From positions 1 through 64,000 of the IMG/VR virus record IMGVR_UViG_638275558_000001: 64,000 bases of DNA, one strand, 5' to 3'. A program made the position numbers and the translations under genes. This document shows, one piece after another, positions 9,169 to 17,846 of the stretch. Each line of letters begins with the position of its first letter. Positions within the stretch are counted from its first letter, which is position 1. The stretch comes from a virus. Its lineage: Duplodnaviria; Caudoviricetes. The notes beneath the pieces are model-generated. The model saw nothing but the letters and a program-made list of their open reading frames with translations, did not search any database and was not told the DNA's origin.

Positions 9169-10619
9169 AAGTACTCGCATTTACCGATGCACCTACGTTT
9201 CCCACGGGGGTGGGTCATCAGCTTCACAACATTATCAATTACGGGTTTGACGCAACCGATCGCTGGGTTGTGGTGCACCCGCCCCGGTCGCCAAGGGCTG
9301 GAGAGACTAAAAACGTCGTTATTGGAAACACTCCAGTCAAGCTTATCAATTCTCCGCGAGGATATGCGGATGATCCGGCGTTTGTGATGAAGGTGGTGGA
9401 AGATGAAAAGCCGGATGTGCTTGTAATTTTTACCGATCCGTGGGCTTACCACCCCTTTATGCAACAACTTTCTTACTGGATTATCGAGCGGAATCTCCCG
9501 CTGGTATATTATCATGTGTGGGATAATTTTCCGGCTCCTCTGTACAACATCCCCTTCTGGCACACCTGCAATGAAGTGATAGGAATTTCGATGAAATCGA
9601 CGATCAACGTGCAGCTTGCGAAGGAGTATGTGGAGGCGTATGAAATCACCATGTATCGCGATCCGGAGGTATTCTATCTTCCGCATGCGGTCGAACCCAA
9701 TGTATTCAAACGCATGGATCGCAAGAAAGCACGTGAATTTGTGCGGGGACTTGTCGGAGATAGGATGTTTGATGACAGCGTGATCTGGCTTTACAACAAT
9801 CGAAATATTTCACGCAAGAATCTGATGGATACCATTTATGCTTTTCTGGTATACATGCTCAAAAACTACAGGAAACATCACCTTTTGATTATAAAGTCTG
9901 ACCCGGTTGTACCGGTGGGAACGGATATTCCCGCGTTTCTTGCCGATATTAATTCGTTTTTCCACTACCGGGATATTGACCTTCGGGAACACATTGTTTT
10001 CATTTCCAATGACGAAGTATTTCACAACGGCGGATTTTCAAGGGAGGAAATCGCATTGCTTTATAACGGCGCCGATGTGGTGCTGCAGCTTTCATCTAAT
10101 GAGGGGTTCGGGATCGCTTCGCTTGAGGCGTCGCTGTGTGGAGCCCCGGTGGTTGCTACTATGACGGGTGGTATTGCAGATCAGTACTCCCTCTACGAAA
10201 TGGATTATGAGGTGGCGGATGGAAGTGATGAAGATATAATCTGCAAGATTTATGAGGAAGTGCACCGTCAGGTGCTCAATCAGTATCTCGATATGCTCCG
10301 TCAAAACGGAAAGGATCCGGAAAGCGCTCCCCGCAAAAATCATATGATGCGGATGGTGAAACCTTATCGTCATTATCAGGGATCGCCGGCTACTCCCTAC
10401 ATTCTTGACGACAGGGTTCCTATCCGGGACGTATTCCCGAAGTTCGATGAAGCGCTGGCGCTGAGGAATCGTGAGGATTACGAAAAACTTTATGAAGAAT
10501 CGGTTGAGTACATCACCATGCACTTCGATGTAGAGGTGCTCGGAAAAGAGTTCAAGAAATCCCTTAGCCGTGCCATTAAGAATAACCAGAAAACCACAAG
10601 ACAGGTTGTCGTGCTATGA
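9165..10619 (+). CDS. Glycosyltransferase, GT-B/GT4 family
   Basis: TDAPTFPTGVG, NRNISRKN, LYNGADV, NEGFGIASLEA motifs. Confidence 0.9.
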   Translation: MKVLAFTDAPTFPTGVGHQLHNIINYGFDATDRWVVVHPPRSPRAGETKNVVIGNTPVKLINSPRGYADDPAFVMKVVEDEKPDVLVIFTDPWAYHPFMQQLSYWIIERNLPLVYYHVWDNFPAPLYNIPFWHTCNEVIGISMKSTINVQLAKEYVEAYEITMYRDPEVFYLPHAVEPNVFKRMDRKKAREFVRGLVGDRMFDDSVIWLYNNRNISRKNLMDTIYAFLVYMLKNYRKHHLLIIKSDPVVPVGTDIPAFLADINSFFHYRDIDLREHIVFISNDEVFHNGGFSREEIALLYNGADVVLQLSSNEGFGIASLEASLCGAPVVATMTGGIADQYSLYEMDYEVADGSDEDIICKIYEEVHRQVLNQYLDMLRQNGKDPESAPRKNHMMRMVKPYRHYQGSPATPYILDDRVPIRDVFPKFDEALALRNREDYEKLYEESVEYITMHFDVEVLGKEFKKSLSRAIKNNQKTTRQVVVL

Positions 10620-11893
10620 AGAAGAAAGTGCTTCTTGTTTCGCCGCTTCGTTCCGTTAGCGGCTATGGAACCGTAAGTCGCGGAATTTATCGCATTCTGA
10701 AGCGAATGGAAAAAGAGGGGTTGATCGATTTTGATGTGATGGTATTGCGGTGGGGTACGTTTTCGGAAACCACCCACCTTGATGATGAAATCAAGAAGAG
10801 AATTCAGGAGAAGTATGATCAGGTGTACGATGTTGCGATCATGGTTTCTTCTCCCTACGACTATCGCTACTGGAACAACATCTTCAGAGCGAAACACCTG
10901 CTCTTTTTCAATGCGATGGTGGAAACGAAACCGTTCCATCCGAATCTGTTCCAGCAGCTTTTCAACTTCATGCTTCAGGTTCCCACCGCGCACCTTGTGT
11001 TTCCTTCTTCCGAAATCAAGAGGATCTGGGAAGAAATCATCAATTCCCAACCCATCCATCCGGCAATGGGTGCTGCAGTGCTCTCCCGCATTCATGTAGT
11101 ACCCAACCCGGTAGATGAAGTTTACTATACTTCGAACTTCGGGAATAAAAACGTTCGTAAAAATGTGATCGGCGCGATTCGAAAGAAGATTGAGGAAATC
11201 CGTCGATCCTATGAACTGGAGCGGGTGTTTCTGACTTTTGCGCCTATGGGAGTAGATCGAAAGAACACCAGGGTTTTACCCGAACTTATCGAAATGGTGG
11301 GGCGGGTTGGAATTCTGGCGCTGGCGGGCGGAACAAATTCTTTTATACTTTACGACTTTCAGCGGCTTATCTGGATGGAAGGTGAGAAAGCCTATAAGCG
11401 GCTTCCGCTTCACCGATCGATCGACGTTACCCCGGAAGAGCTTATGTTCGTTTTTGGATCGCTGACGGTGGAAGAGCTGAGTGCGGTGATGGATATGGTG
11501 GATGGTGGAATCAACCTTTCGCATGGAGAATCGTGGGATTACCTGTTGCACAACATGATGCTACTGGGCAAACCCTGTCTTTACGTCGACTTCTTCCGTC
11601 GGGATTATATCCCTTCGGAGCTTCGTGATGTGCTGGGGGTGGATTTCAATATGGTACCCCTCCCGAAGGTGGTTCCCAACATTCCGCACGATCATCCGTT
11701 CTTCCACCCGCAAACGATGGTGGCGGAACCCAATTTGCAGGATGCAGCGGAAAAGCTCGACTGGGTGTTGCGGAACTACGGTGAAGTCTCAAAGATGATT
11801 ACCAGCCATAGAGACGCTTTCAAAACCGACGATACGATCTATGAATTTCTGGTTGACGCACTGGAGTCGATCGAAGAACCACAGGCGGCATAA
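10616..11893 (+). CDS. Glycosyltransferase, GT-B/GT4-like
   Basis: SGYGTVSR, DRKN and SHGESWD (E-x7 region) motifs. Confidence 0.8.
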   Translation: MKKKVLLVSPLRSVSGYGTVSRGIYRILKRMEKEGLIDFDVMVLRWGTFSETTHLDDEIKKRIQEKYDQVYDVAIMVSSPYDYRYWNNIFRAKHLLFFNAMVETKPFHPNLFQQLFNFMLQVPTAHLVFPSSEIKRIWEEIINSQPIHPAMGAAVLSRIHVVPNPVDEVYYTSNFGNKNVRKNVIGAIRKKIEEIRRSYELERVFLTFAPMGVDRKNTRVLPELIEMVGRVGILALAGGTNSFILYDFQRLIWMEGEKAYKRLPLHRSIDVTPEELMFVFGSLTVEELSAVMDMVDGGINLSHGESWDYLLHNMMLLGKPCLYVDFFRRDYIPSELRDVLGVDFNMVPLPKVVPNIPHDHPFFHPQTMVAEPNLQDAAEKLDWVLRNYGEVSKMITSHRDAFKTDDTIYEFLVDALESIEEPQAA

Positions 11894-11915
11894 AAATTTC
11901 ACATTCTGGATAAAC

Positions 11916-11956
11916 CGGGGGAATTCGGGCATTTATCCCGAAAATCCCCCTTTTTT
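11916..11956 (+). terminator. Intrinsic terminator after the GT pair
   Basis: GGGGGAATTCGGG...CCCGAAAATCCCCC stem followed by T6. Confidence 0.65.
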
Positions 11957-12031
11957 GTCTCAAAACCGTTTTGGCGGGGTAGATATTTAATATCACCCCG
12001 TGGAAAGTTTAACCCCAAAACAGGAGTGGAT

Positions 12032-14008
12032 ATGTCGTACTATACTGAAGTCGGCGCACCCTACTTTACACGTGAAGAGCAGTTTGTTCGGAATTTGCTG
12101 TTCGACGTAACTTTTAATTCCAAATATTCTTTCTTCGATCTGACGCTGCAGCGTCGTCTTACCTTTGAGGAAGTGCTGGAAGAGGTGCTGGCGGTGTTTC
12201 ATGCCCGAATCGAGGAAGTCTGCAAACCCATTTATCGCCAGCAGGCGCACCAGTACGTGGAGAAGTTCGGCGAGTATTTCCGCCAGCGCAAGCTTTTTCC
12301 CTCGATGCGCCTTGTGCAGTTTTCGCGCATGGTTCCTTACAACCACACCCGTCTTTACAATTGCTCTTATACTCCCGTTGATTCCATTGATTCGATCGCG
12401 GAGCTTTTCTACCTGATGTTGTGTGGCGTGGGTGTGGGATACAGCGTGGAGCGTAAATATATCGAACAGCTTCCTGTTGTATATCCCGAAAGTGAGGGGC
12501 AGACAATCACCTATCAGGTGGAGGATTCGATCGAGGGATGGTGCTCGGCGCTCAAGCGTTATCTCTATGCGCGGTTTACGCCCAACCACCCGAAGATTGT
12601 ATTTGACTATTCTCTTTTGAGACCGGAGGGAAGTGTGATTGGAAAGCGTTACAATGCTGCATTTGGTTATACTAAAAACAATCCCATCAAAGAAGCAATC
12701 GAGGCGGTAAAGGGGATTTTCGACAAAGCAGTAGGAAGGAAACTCAAGCCGATCGAGGTACATGATCTCATTACAACGTTCGGCATGATTATCAATCGTG
12801 CGAACGTGCGCGGAATGGCGGCGATCGTCTTTTTCGATTATGATGATGAAGAAATGCTTCGCTGCAAGGATTTCACGCGCGGCGAAGTCCCTCAGAACCG
12901 CTGGTATGCCAACAACTCTGTCGTGTTGTATAGAGACGGCGATAAACTTCGCGGAGTGCGCGGGGAAATCGTCGATCTTCGGGATATTTTCATGGAAGCC
13001 TATTGTGGGAAGTCTGGTGAACCCGGCGTCTTTGTAACCAACGACGAACATTATCGCACGAACCCGTGTGGTGAAGCTTCTCTTTATCGCAATTTCTGCA
13101 ACCTTACGGAGATCGCCATTCCCCGTGTTCATCAGAGTGAGATCGCGGATGTGTTGAACACAGCTATCTTCATTGGTGTGCTTCAGTCTACGTTTACCGA
13201 CTTTAAGTTCCTTCGCGATGTGTGGAAAGAGCGCACCGAAGAAGACAACTTGCTTGGCGTTTCGCTGACCGGCATTTACGAAAATCTGGATGCGCTCAAA
13301 GAGTACATGAAGCTTTCTTCGAAAGGTCATGTCAAATTCATGGCGGCTCAATTTGCCGGTTGGTTCGGGTTGAACAACCCGGCTCGCATTACGCTGGTCA
13401 AGCCCTCCGGCACGGTGTCGCTGCTTGCCGGGGTTTCTCCGGGTTGCCACCCACCCTATTCCGAATATTTTATCCGGAGAAACCGGGTGGATATGAATCA
13501 CATGCTGGTTGAAGTTTTGAAGGATTATCCGTTTATCATTGATGATGAAGTGTATCCCGATAAGAAAGTGATCGAATTTCCGCTTCGGGCGCAACGCCAC
13601 TTTACGCACGATCCCATGTTTCAGGTGCGTCTTCGCAACCAGATCATGAGGGGCTGGGTGGAACCCTCGCATAATCGCGGCAAAAACACACACAACGTAT
13701 CGATTACGGTTTATGTAAGAGATGAAGGGGAAGTGGAGATTGTAAGTCGCGAACTCAAAAATGAGCGAAACATTTCGGGAATCACGATTCTTCCGGTGGT
13801 TGAGAATGGCTATAAACTGGCACCATTCGAAGCAATTCCCAGGGAAAAGTATGCCGACATGATGGGCGAAATCCACGTGTACCTTGATAGAATCAAACAC
13901 CAGCTAAACGGCACGCCCGACTCCCCGCGTCTGAAACTGATCTCCGATTCCGACGTTTTTGAGGGAGAGAAAGGTTGTGCCGGTCTGCAATGCTATTTCG
14001 ACATGTAA
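12032..14008 (+). CDS. nrdJ: Class II (adenosylcobalamin-dependent) ribonucleotide reductase
   Basis: YNC, TNPCGE, CNLTE, KPSGTVS motifs and C-terminal GCAGLQC. Confidence 0.9.
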   Translation: MSYYTEVGAPYFTREEQFVRNLLFDVTFNSKYSFFDLTLQRRLTFEEVLEEVLAVFHARIEEVCKPIYRQQAHQYVEKFGEYFRQRKLFPSMRLVQFSRMVPYNHTRLYNCSYTPVDSIDSIAELFYLMLCGVGVGYSVERKYIEQLPVVYPESEGQTITYQVEDSIEGWCSALKRYLYARFTPNHPKIVFDYSLLRPEGSVIGKRYNAAFGYTKNNPIKEAIEAVKGIFDKAVGRKLKPIEVHDLITTFGMIINRANVRGMAAIVFFDYDDEEMLRCKDFTRGEVPQNRWYANNSVVLYRDGDKLRGVRGEIVDLRDIFMEAYCGKSGEPGVFVTNDEHYRTNPCGEASLYRNFCNLTEIAIPRVHQSEIADVLNTAIFIGVLQSTFTDFKFLRDVWKERTEEDNLLGVSLTGIYENLDALKEYMKLSSKGHVKFMAAQFAGWFGLNNPARITLVKPSGTVSLLAGVSPGCHPPYSEYFIRRNRVDMNHMLVEVLKDYPFIIDDEVYPDKKVIEFPLRAQRHFTHDPMFQVRLRNQIMRGWVEPSHNRGKNTHNVSITVYVRDEGEVEIVSRELKNERNISGITILPVVENGYKLAPFEAIPREKYADMMGEIHVYLDRIKHQLNGTPDSPRLKLISDSDVFEGEKGCAGLQCYFDM

Positions 14009-14009
14009 C

Positions 14010-14636
14010 ATGAAACTCGTACTTAAACACTCCAGAGAAGAGTCTTTCTATCCTGAAACAATAAAAACTCTTGATCATCTTAGAGAGAATGGGTGGGAAA
14101 TCGTTCTCCTACAGGATAATCGTTTTAATATCATAGAAGGTTACGATTTCGATATGGTGATTACCACGTCGAACCCTCAATACAGCTTTGCGGATTTCCA
14201 CAATGAAGCATTGAAATTTGCCAAGCACGGGGAGTGGCTTTTTTATCTTGATTTCGATGAATATTTATGTGATAATTTTTGTGAAAGGGTTAAAAAATAT
14301 ATCAACAGAGATGTTCATTGTTACAACATCGCACGCATAAACATTATAATTCCTCAGGAGAAAACGGGTGATGTGTGCGGGATGTACGGATGGCGTAGTT
14401 TTAATATCAATATACCTGAGGAAGGGAGTGTAAAAGCGATAAATTTCCCCGATTACCAGACGCGTCTGGTTCGCGCCGGAACCGGCAAATGGTACGGGAA
14501 CGCCCACGAACGCTTTGTGTGCGATAATGCTTTTAAACACAAAACGTTACCGTTTGATGGTGGATATATTATCCACCGTAAATCTTTTGAGAAACAGATT
14601 ACCGATAACGCGCTCTGGTCAACCTATACACCGTGA
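14010..14636 (+). CDS. Glycosyltransferase, GT-A/GT2-like
   Basis: WLFYLDFDE, FPDYQTRL and WYGNAHE motifs. Confidence 0.8.
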   Translation: MKLVLKHSREESFYPETIKTLDHLRENGWEIVLLQDNRFNIIEGYDFDMVITTSNPQYSFADFHNEALKFAKHGEWLFYLDFDEYLCDNFCERVKKYINRDVHCYNIARINIIIPQEKTGDVCGMYGWRSFNINIPEEGSVKAINFPDYQTRLVRAGTGKWYGNAHERFVCDNAFKHKTLPFDGGYIIHRKSFEKQITDNALWSTYTP

Positions 14637-14639
14637 TAT

Positions 14640-15269
14640 ATGTTCAGCGTAATTCTCATACACGGAAACGAGGATCTTATCAATAAAGAACTGATAGATA
14701 ATCTTAATGAATTCAGGGAAGCAGGATGTGAACTCATTTTGCTGCAGGATGATCGTTTTTCACCGCCCGACTTTTTCAAATTTGATATTGTTATAAAACA
14801 TTCCGTTTCCGAAGGGATGGACCGTCATCGAAATTTTGCCAATCAACATGCTTCTTTTGAATGGGTGTTGTGGTTGGATTTTGACGAATATCTATTCCCC
14901 GGATTTACAGAACGAGCTCCTGAATACATGAAAAGGGATATATGGGGGTATGGATTTTACAGATTGAACATGATCGTTCCACCTGAAAAAACTTCATGGT
15001 TCGTTCAGAATTATGGCTGGTATGAAATGGTTGGGTGGGTTTCAACCATATCGATCAGGGGGGTTTCTTATCAGGCTATAAATTACCCGGAGGTTCATTA
15101 TCGTTTTGTTCGAAGAGATTGCGGCAAGTGGGTTGGTAAAAGACATGAATACTGGTATTCAGGTGATTTTCGTAAAAAAGCCATATTTCCGGCGGATCGA
15201 GAAACACTTTTCCACGTTAAACCCATTGACAAAGCAATAAGAGACAACTATAAATGGAGGGCACTATGA
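14640..15269 (+). CDS. Glycosyltransferase, GT-A/GT2-like (paralog of the preceding gene)
   Basis: RNFA, WVLWLDFDE, YPEVHYRF and WVGKRHE motifs. Confidence 0.8.
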   Translation: MFSVILIHGNEDLINKELIDNLNEFREAGCELILLQDDRFSPPDFFKFDIVIKHSVSEGMDRHRNFANQHASFEWVLWLDFDEYLFPGFTERAPEYMKRDIWGYGFYRLNMIVPPEKTSWFVQNYGWYEMVGWVSTISIRGVSYQAINYPEVHYRFVRRDCGKWVGKRHEYWYSGDFRKKAIFPADRETLFHVKPIDKAIRDNYKWRAL

Positions 15270-15760
15270 TGAACCCCGAAATGAAAGAGATTCTGAAGAA
15301 GCTTATGAAACCCTTCCACCCTGATCGCCATTCCTATCGCGTTACCGGAACCTTCCGGACTCGGGAAGGGCGGAACATGGGGGTGGTGGCATTTTACATT
15401 TCATCACGCGACGTGATGGATCGGTTGGATGCGGTGGTGGGACCAGAGAACTGGCGAGACGAATATGAAGTGCCGGCTCCGGGGGTGATGAAGTGTGTGC
15501 TTTATTTGCGTATAGGTGGGGAGTGGGTTGGAAAGAGTGATGTGGGGACCGGCAACATAGAAAACCCTGAAAGTGGATGGAAAGGCGCCGCTTCTGACGC
15601 CTTGAAGCGAGCGGCGGTCAAGTGGGGAATCGGGCGTTATCTCTATGCACTTCCCAAATGCTATGTGGAGGTGGATGATAGAAAGCGTATTGTTAATGAA
15701 GAGGCGGTCAAGTCTTTTCTCCATAAGCATGTTACCGAACTGCTGAAGAATTATCAGTAA
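15266..15760 (+). CDS. Rad52/Sak-family ssDNA annealing protein
   Basis: YISSRDVMDRLDAVVGPENW...KGAASDALKRAAVKWGIGRYLY. Confidence 0.9.
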   Translation: MMNPEMKEILKKLMKPFHPDRHSYRVTGTFRTREGRNMGVVAFYISSRDVMDRLDAVVGPENWRDEYEVPAPGVMKCVLYLRIGGEWVGKSDVGTGNIENPESGWKGAASDALKRAAVKWGIGRYLYALPKCYVEVDDRKRIVNEEAVKSFLHKHVTELLKNYQ

Positions 15761-15784
15761 CCCAAACCTAAACCCGAAAAATAT

Positions 15785-17035
15785 ATGGAAACGATTGTAA
15801 TTTCCCAAAACAATACGACGGAGATGACGGAACCCCCCCAGAACATTTCCGATTCGGTTAAAAGCGGGTTTATCTATCTTATCGAAAAGTCTCATTTCCT
15901 TGAAAAGAAAAACTTCCTTAAAATCATATCGAACATGGACCCCCGCCGCATTTCCAATCCGGAGGTGCGCGTGGTGGCGGAGTACATATATGATTATTTC
16001 AAAAGTCATAGTAATTTCCCTTCTAAAAGAAATCTTTGCCATCACTTTGAGTGGAGCGAAGATCTGGAAGGAGACCCCGCCGATTATCAGCGTATCATTC
16101 AGTATCTCAAATCTTCTTACATTCGATCCTCTATAACAAAAACGCTTTCATATCTTGAGAAGGATGACCTTTCCGCGTTGAAAGAAATTGTCAGAGCCAT
16201 TCGGGTGGTGGAGGATAGTGGGGTGTCGCTGGTGGAGGAATTCGATCTTGCAACCAGCGAGTTTAATGAACTTTTTGTTAAAGAAGAACGCATTCCCACC
16301 CCCTGGGAGAGTGTAAACAAAAATATGGCGGGCGGTCTTGGTCGGGGAGAGCTTGGAATCGTTATGCTTCCTTCGGGGTGGGGTAAGTCATGGTTCCTTG
16401 TTTCACTTGGTCTTCATGCCTTTCGAACGGGTAAGCGCGTGATTTATTTCACTCTGGAGCTTGACCAAAAATATGTGATGAAGCGGTTTTTAAAGATGTT
16501 TGCACCTTATTGCAAAGGACGCGCTTCTTCCTATCGCGACGTTTATCAAATAATGAAAGAGCTTATGTTTTCTCAGGATAATCTTTTGAAGATTGTTTTC
16601 TGTAATGCGATGGAAGATATTGAGCACTATATTGCGCTGTATAACCCCGACGTTGTGCTGATTGACTATGCCGATCTTATTTATGATGTGGAAACCGACA
16701 AAGAGAAAAATTATCTGCTTTTGCAAAAAATTTATAGGAAACTTCGTCTCATTGCAAAGGTATATAATACAGCAGTATGGAGCGCCTCTCAGCTTAATCG
16801 CGGTTCCCTTTCAAAGCAAGCCGACGTCGATTTCATTGAGAAATACATTGCCGATTCATTTGCAAAAGTTGTTGAAATCGACTTCGGGATGGCGTTTATT
16901 CCGGATAGCGAGAACTCAACCCCCGATATTCACGTCGGATTCGGTAAAATCTTCAAAAACCGTATGGGTGCGGTAAGAAAGCTGGAATATACAATTAACT
17001 TTGAAAACTATACGGTAGACGTTGCTGTTAAATGA
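15785..17035 (+). CDS. Replicative helicase, DnaB/gp41-like
   Basis: Walker A PSGWGKS, FTLE, IDYAD, SASQLNR, KNRMG. Confidence 0.9.
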   Translation: METIVISQNNTTEMTEPPQNISDSVKSGFIYLIEKSHFLEKKNFLKIISNMDPRRISNPEVRVVAEYIYDYFKSHSNFPSKRNLCHHFEWSEDLEGDPADYQRIIQYLKSSYIRSSITKTLSYLEKDDLSALKEIVRAIRVVEDSGVSLVEEFDLATSEFNELFVKEERIPTPWESVNKNMAGGLGRGELGIVMLPSGWGKSWFLVSLGLHAFRTGKRVIYFTLELDQKYVMKRFLKMFAPYCKGRASSYRDVYQIMKELMFSQDNLLKIVFCNAMEDIEHYIALYNPDVVLIDYADLIYDVETDKEKNYLLLQKIYRKLRLIAKVYNTAVWSASQLNRGSLSKQADVDFIEKYIADSFAKVVEIDFGMAFIPDSENSTPDIHVGFGKIFKNRMGAVRKLEYTINFENYTVDVAVK

Positions 17036-17826
17036 CACAAGTTAAGACAAAAGGGCTTAAAGACATCAGAATAGGTAGAAAGGAGGGTAAGTTCACACAT
17101 GTAAATACAACAAAGAAAGGAAAGAATAAGAAATATTTCAGGGCGGAACATGAACGCCTGTTTCTCAACCTTATTCGAGCACTTCAGGTTGGGGATTATG
17201 CCGAAATCAATTCTCTTTTTCCTCTTGTCGAAAAGCAACTCCGATGGATGGTACGAAAGATAGTGAACCGACTCAATCTCACTTCACTTGTTTCATATTA
17301 TGACCACGGCGAATGGGAGCATGATATTGTAAGTTATGTGTTCTCCAAACTCGATAACTATTCTCCCGAAAAGGGAAGGGTGTTCAGTTATATCAGTGTT
17401 ATCATAGTCAATTATGCTATCAATTTGAACAATAAAATTTATTATAACCGGGTGGGGTATCATTCAGATTTCTATGCAGATAATCCTACCACCGAAGACT
17501 ACAAGGGTCTGGATGAAAAGGAAGAGTTGAGTTATGAAATAGACGATCAGATTAATCTGAAGATTGATTTTGAGCATTTCTGCAATCTGTTTTTAAATGC
17601 TTCCGAAGAAACTTTACTCAAGCATTTTCAGGAAGACGAAGTTTTTATTGTTAAAAATATTGCGCTTTCTCTGAAATATGATCCGGATATTATCACGACG
17701 CCTTTTCTGGGGGTTGTACATCGGATGATCTGTGAGTTTTGTGGGGTGGAATTTTCCCGCTATAAGTTTTCCAAAGTGTTCAAGAAAATGGTTCAACTAT
17801 ACCACGAAGTTTTTAACGGGGGGTAA
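17032..17826 (+). CDS. Late-transcription sigma factor, gp55-like
   Basis: EHDIVSYVFSKLDNYSPEKGRVFSYISVIIVN resembles sigma region 2 as seen in gp55. Confidence 0.65.
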   Translation: MTQVKTKGLKDIRIGRKEGKFTHVNTTKKGKNKKYFRAEHERLFLNLIRALQVGDYAEINSLFPLVEKQLRWMVRKIVNRLNLTSLVSYYDHGEWEHDIVSYVFSKLDNYSPEKGRVFSYISVIIVNYAINLNNKIYYNRVGYHSDFYADNPTTEDYKGLDEKEELSYEIDDQINLKIDFEHFCNLFLNASEETLLKHFQEDEVFIVKNIALSLKYDPDIITTPFLGVVHRMICEFCGVEFSRYKFSKVFKKMVQLYHEVFNGG

Positions 17827-17846
17827 AGGTTATTTAAATAAAAAAT

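Noticed and set aside
11895-12030. Cobalamin riboswitch upstream of nrdJ
   Set aside because: Region is short and explained by a terminator hairpin plus TATTTAA box; no B12-box motif seen
11993-13900. 635-aa ORF antisense to nrdJ
   Set aside because: Shadow frame of a well-supported gene; no recognisable motifs
12032-14008. Intein or group I intron in RNR (also checked helicase and terminase)
   Set aside because: Proteins are compact and continuous; no intein splice or LAGLIDADG motifs seen
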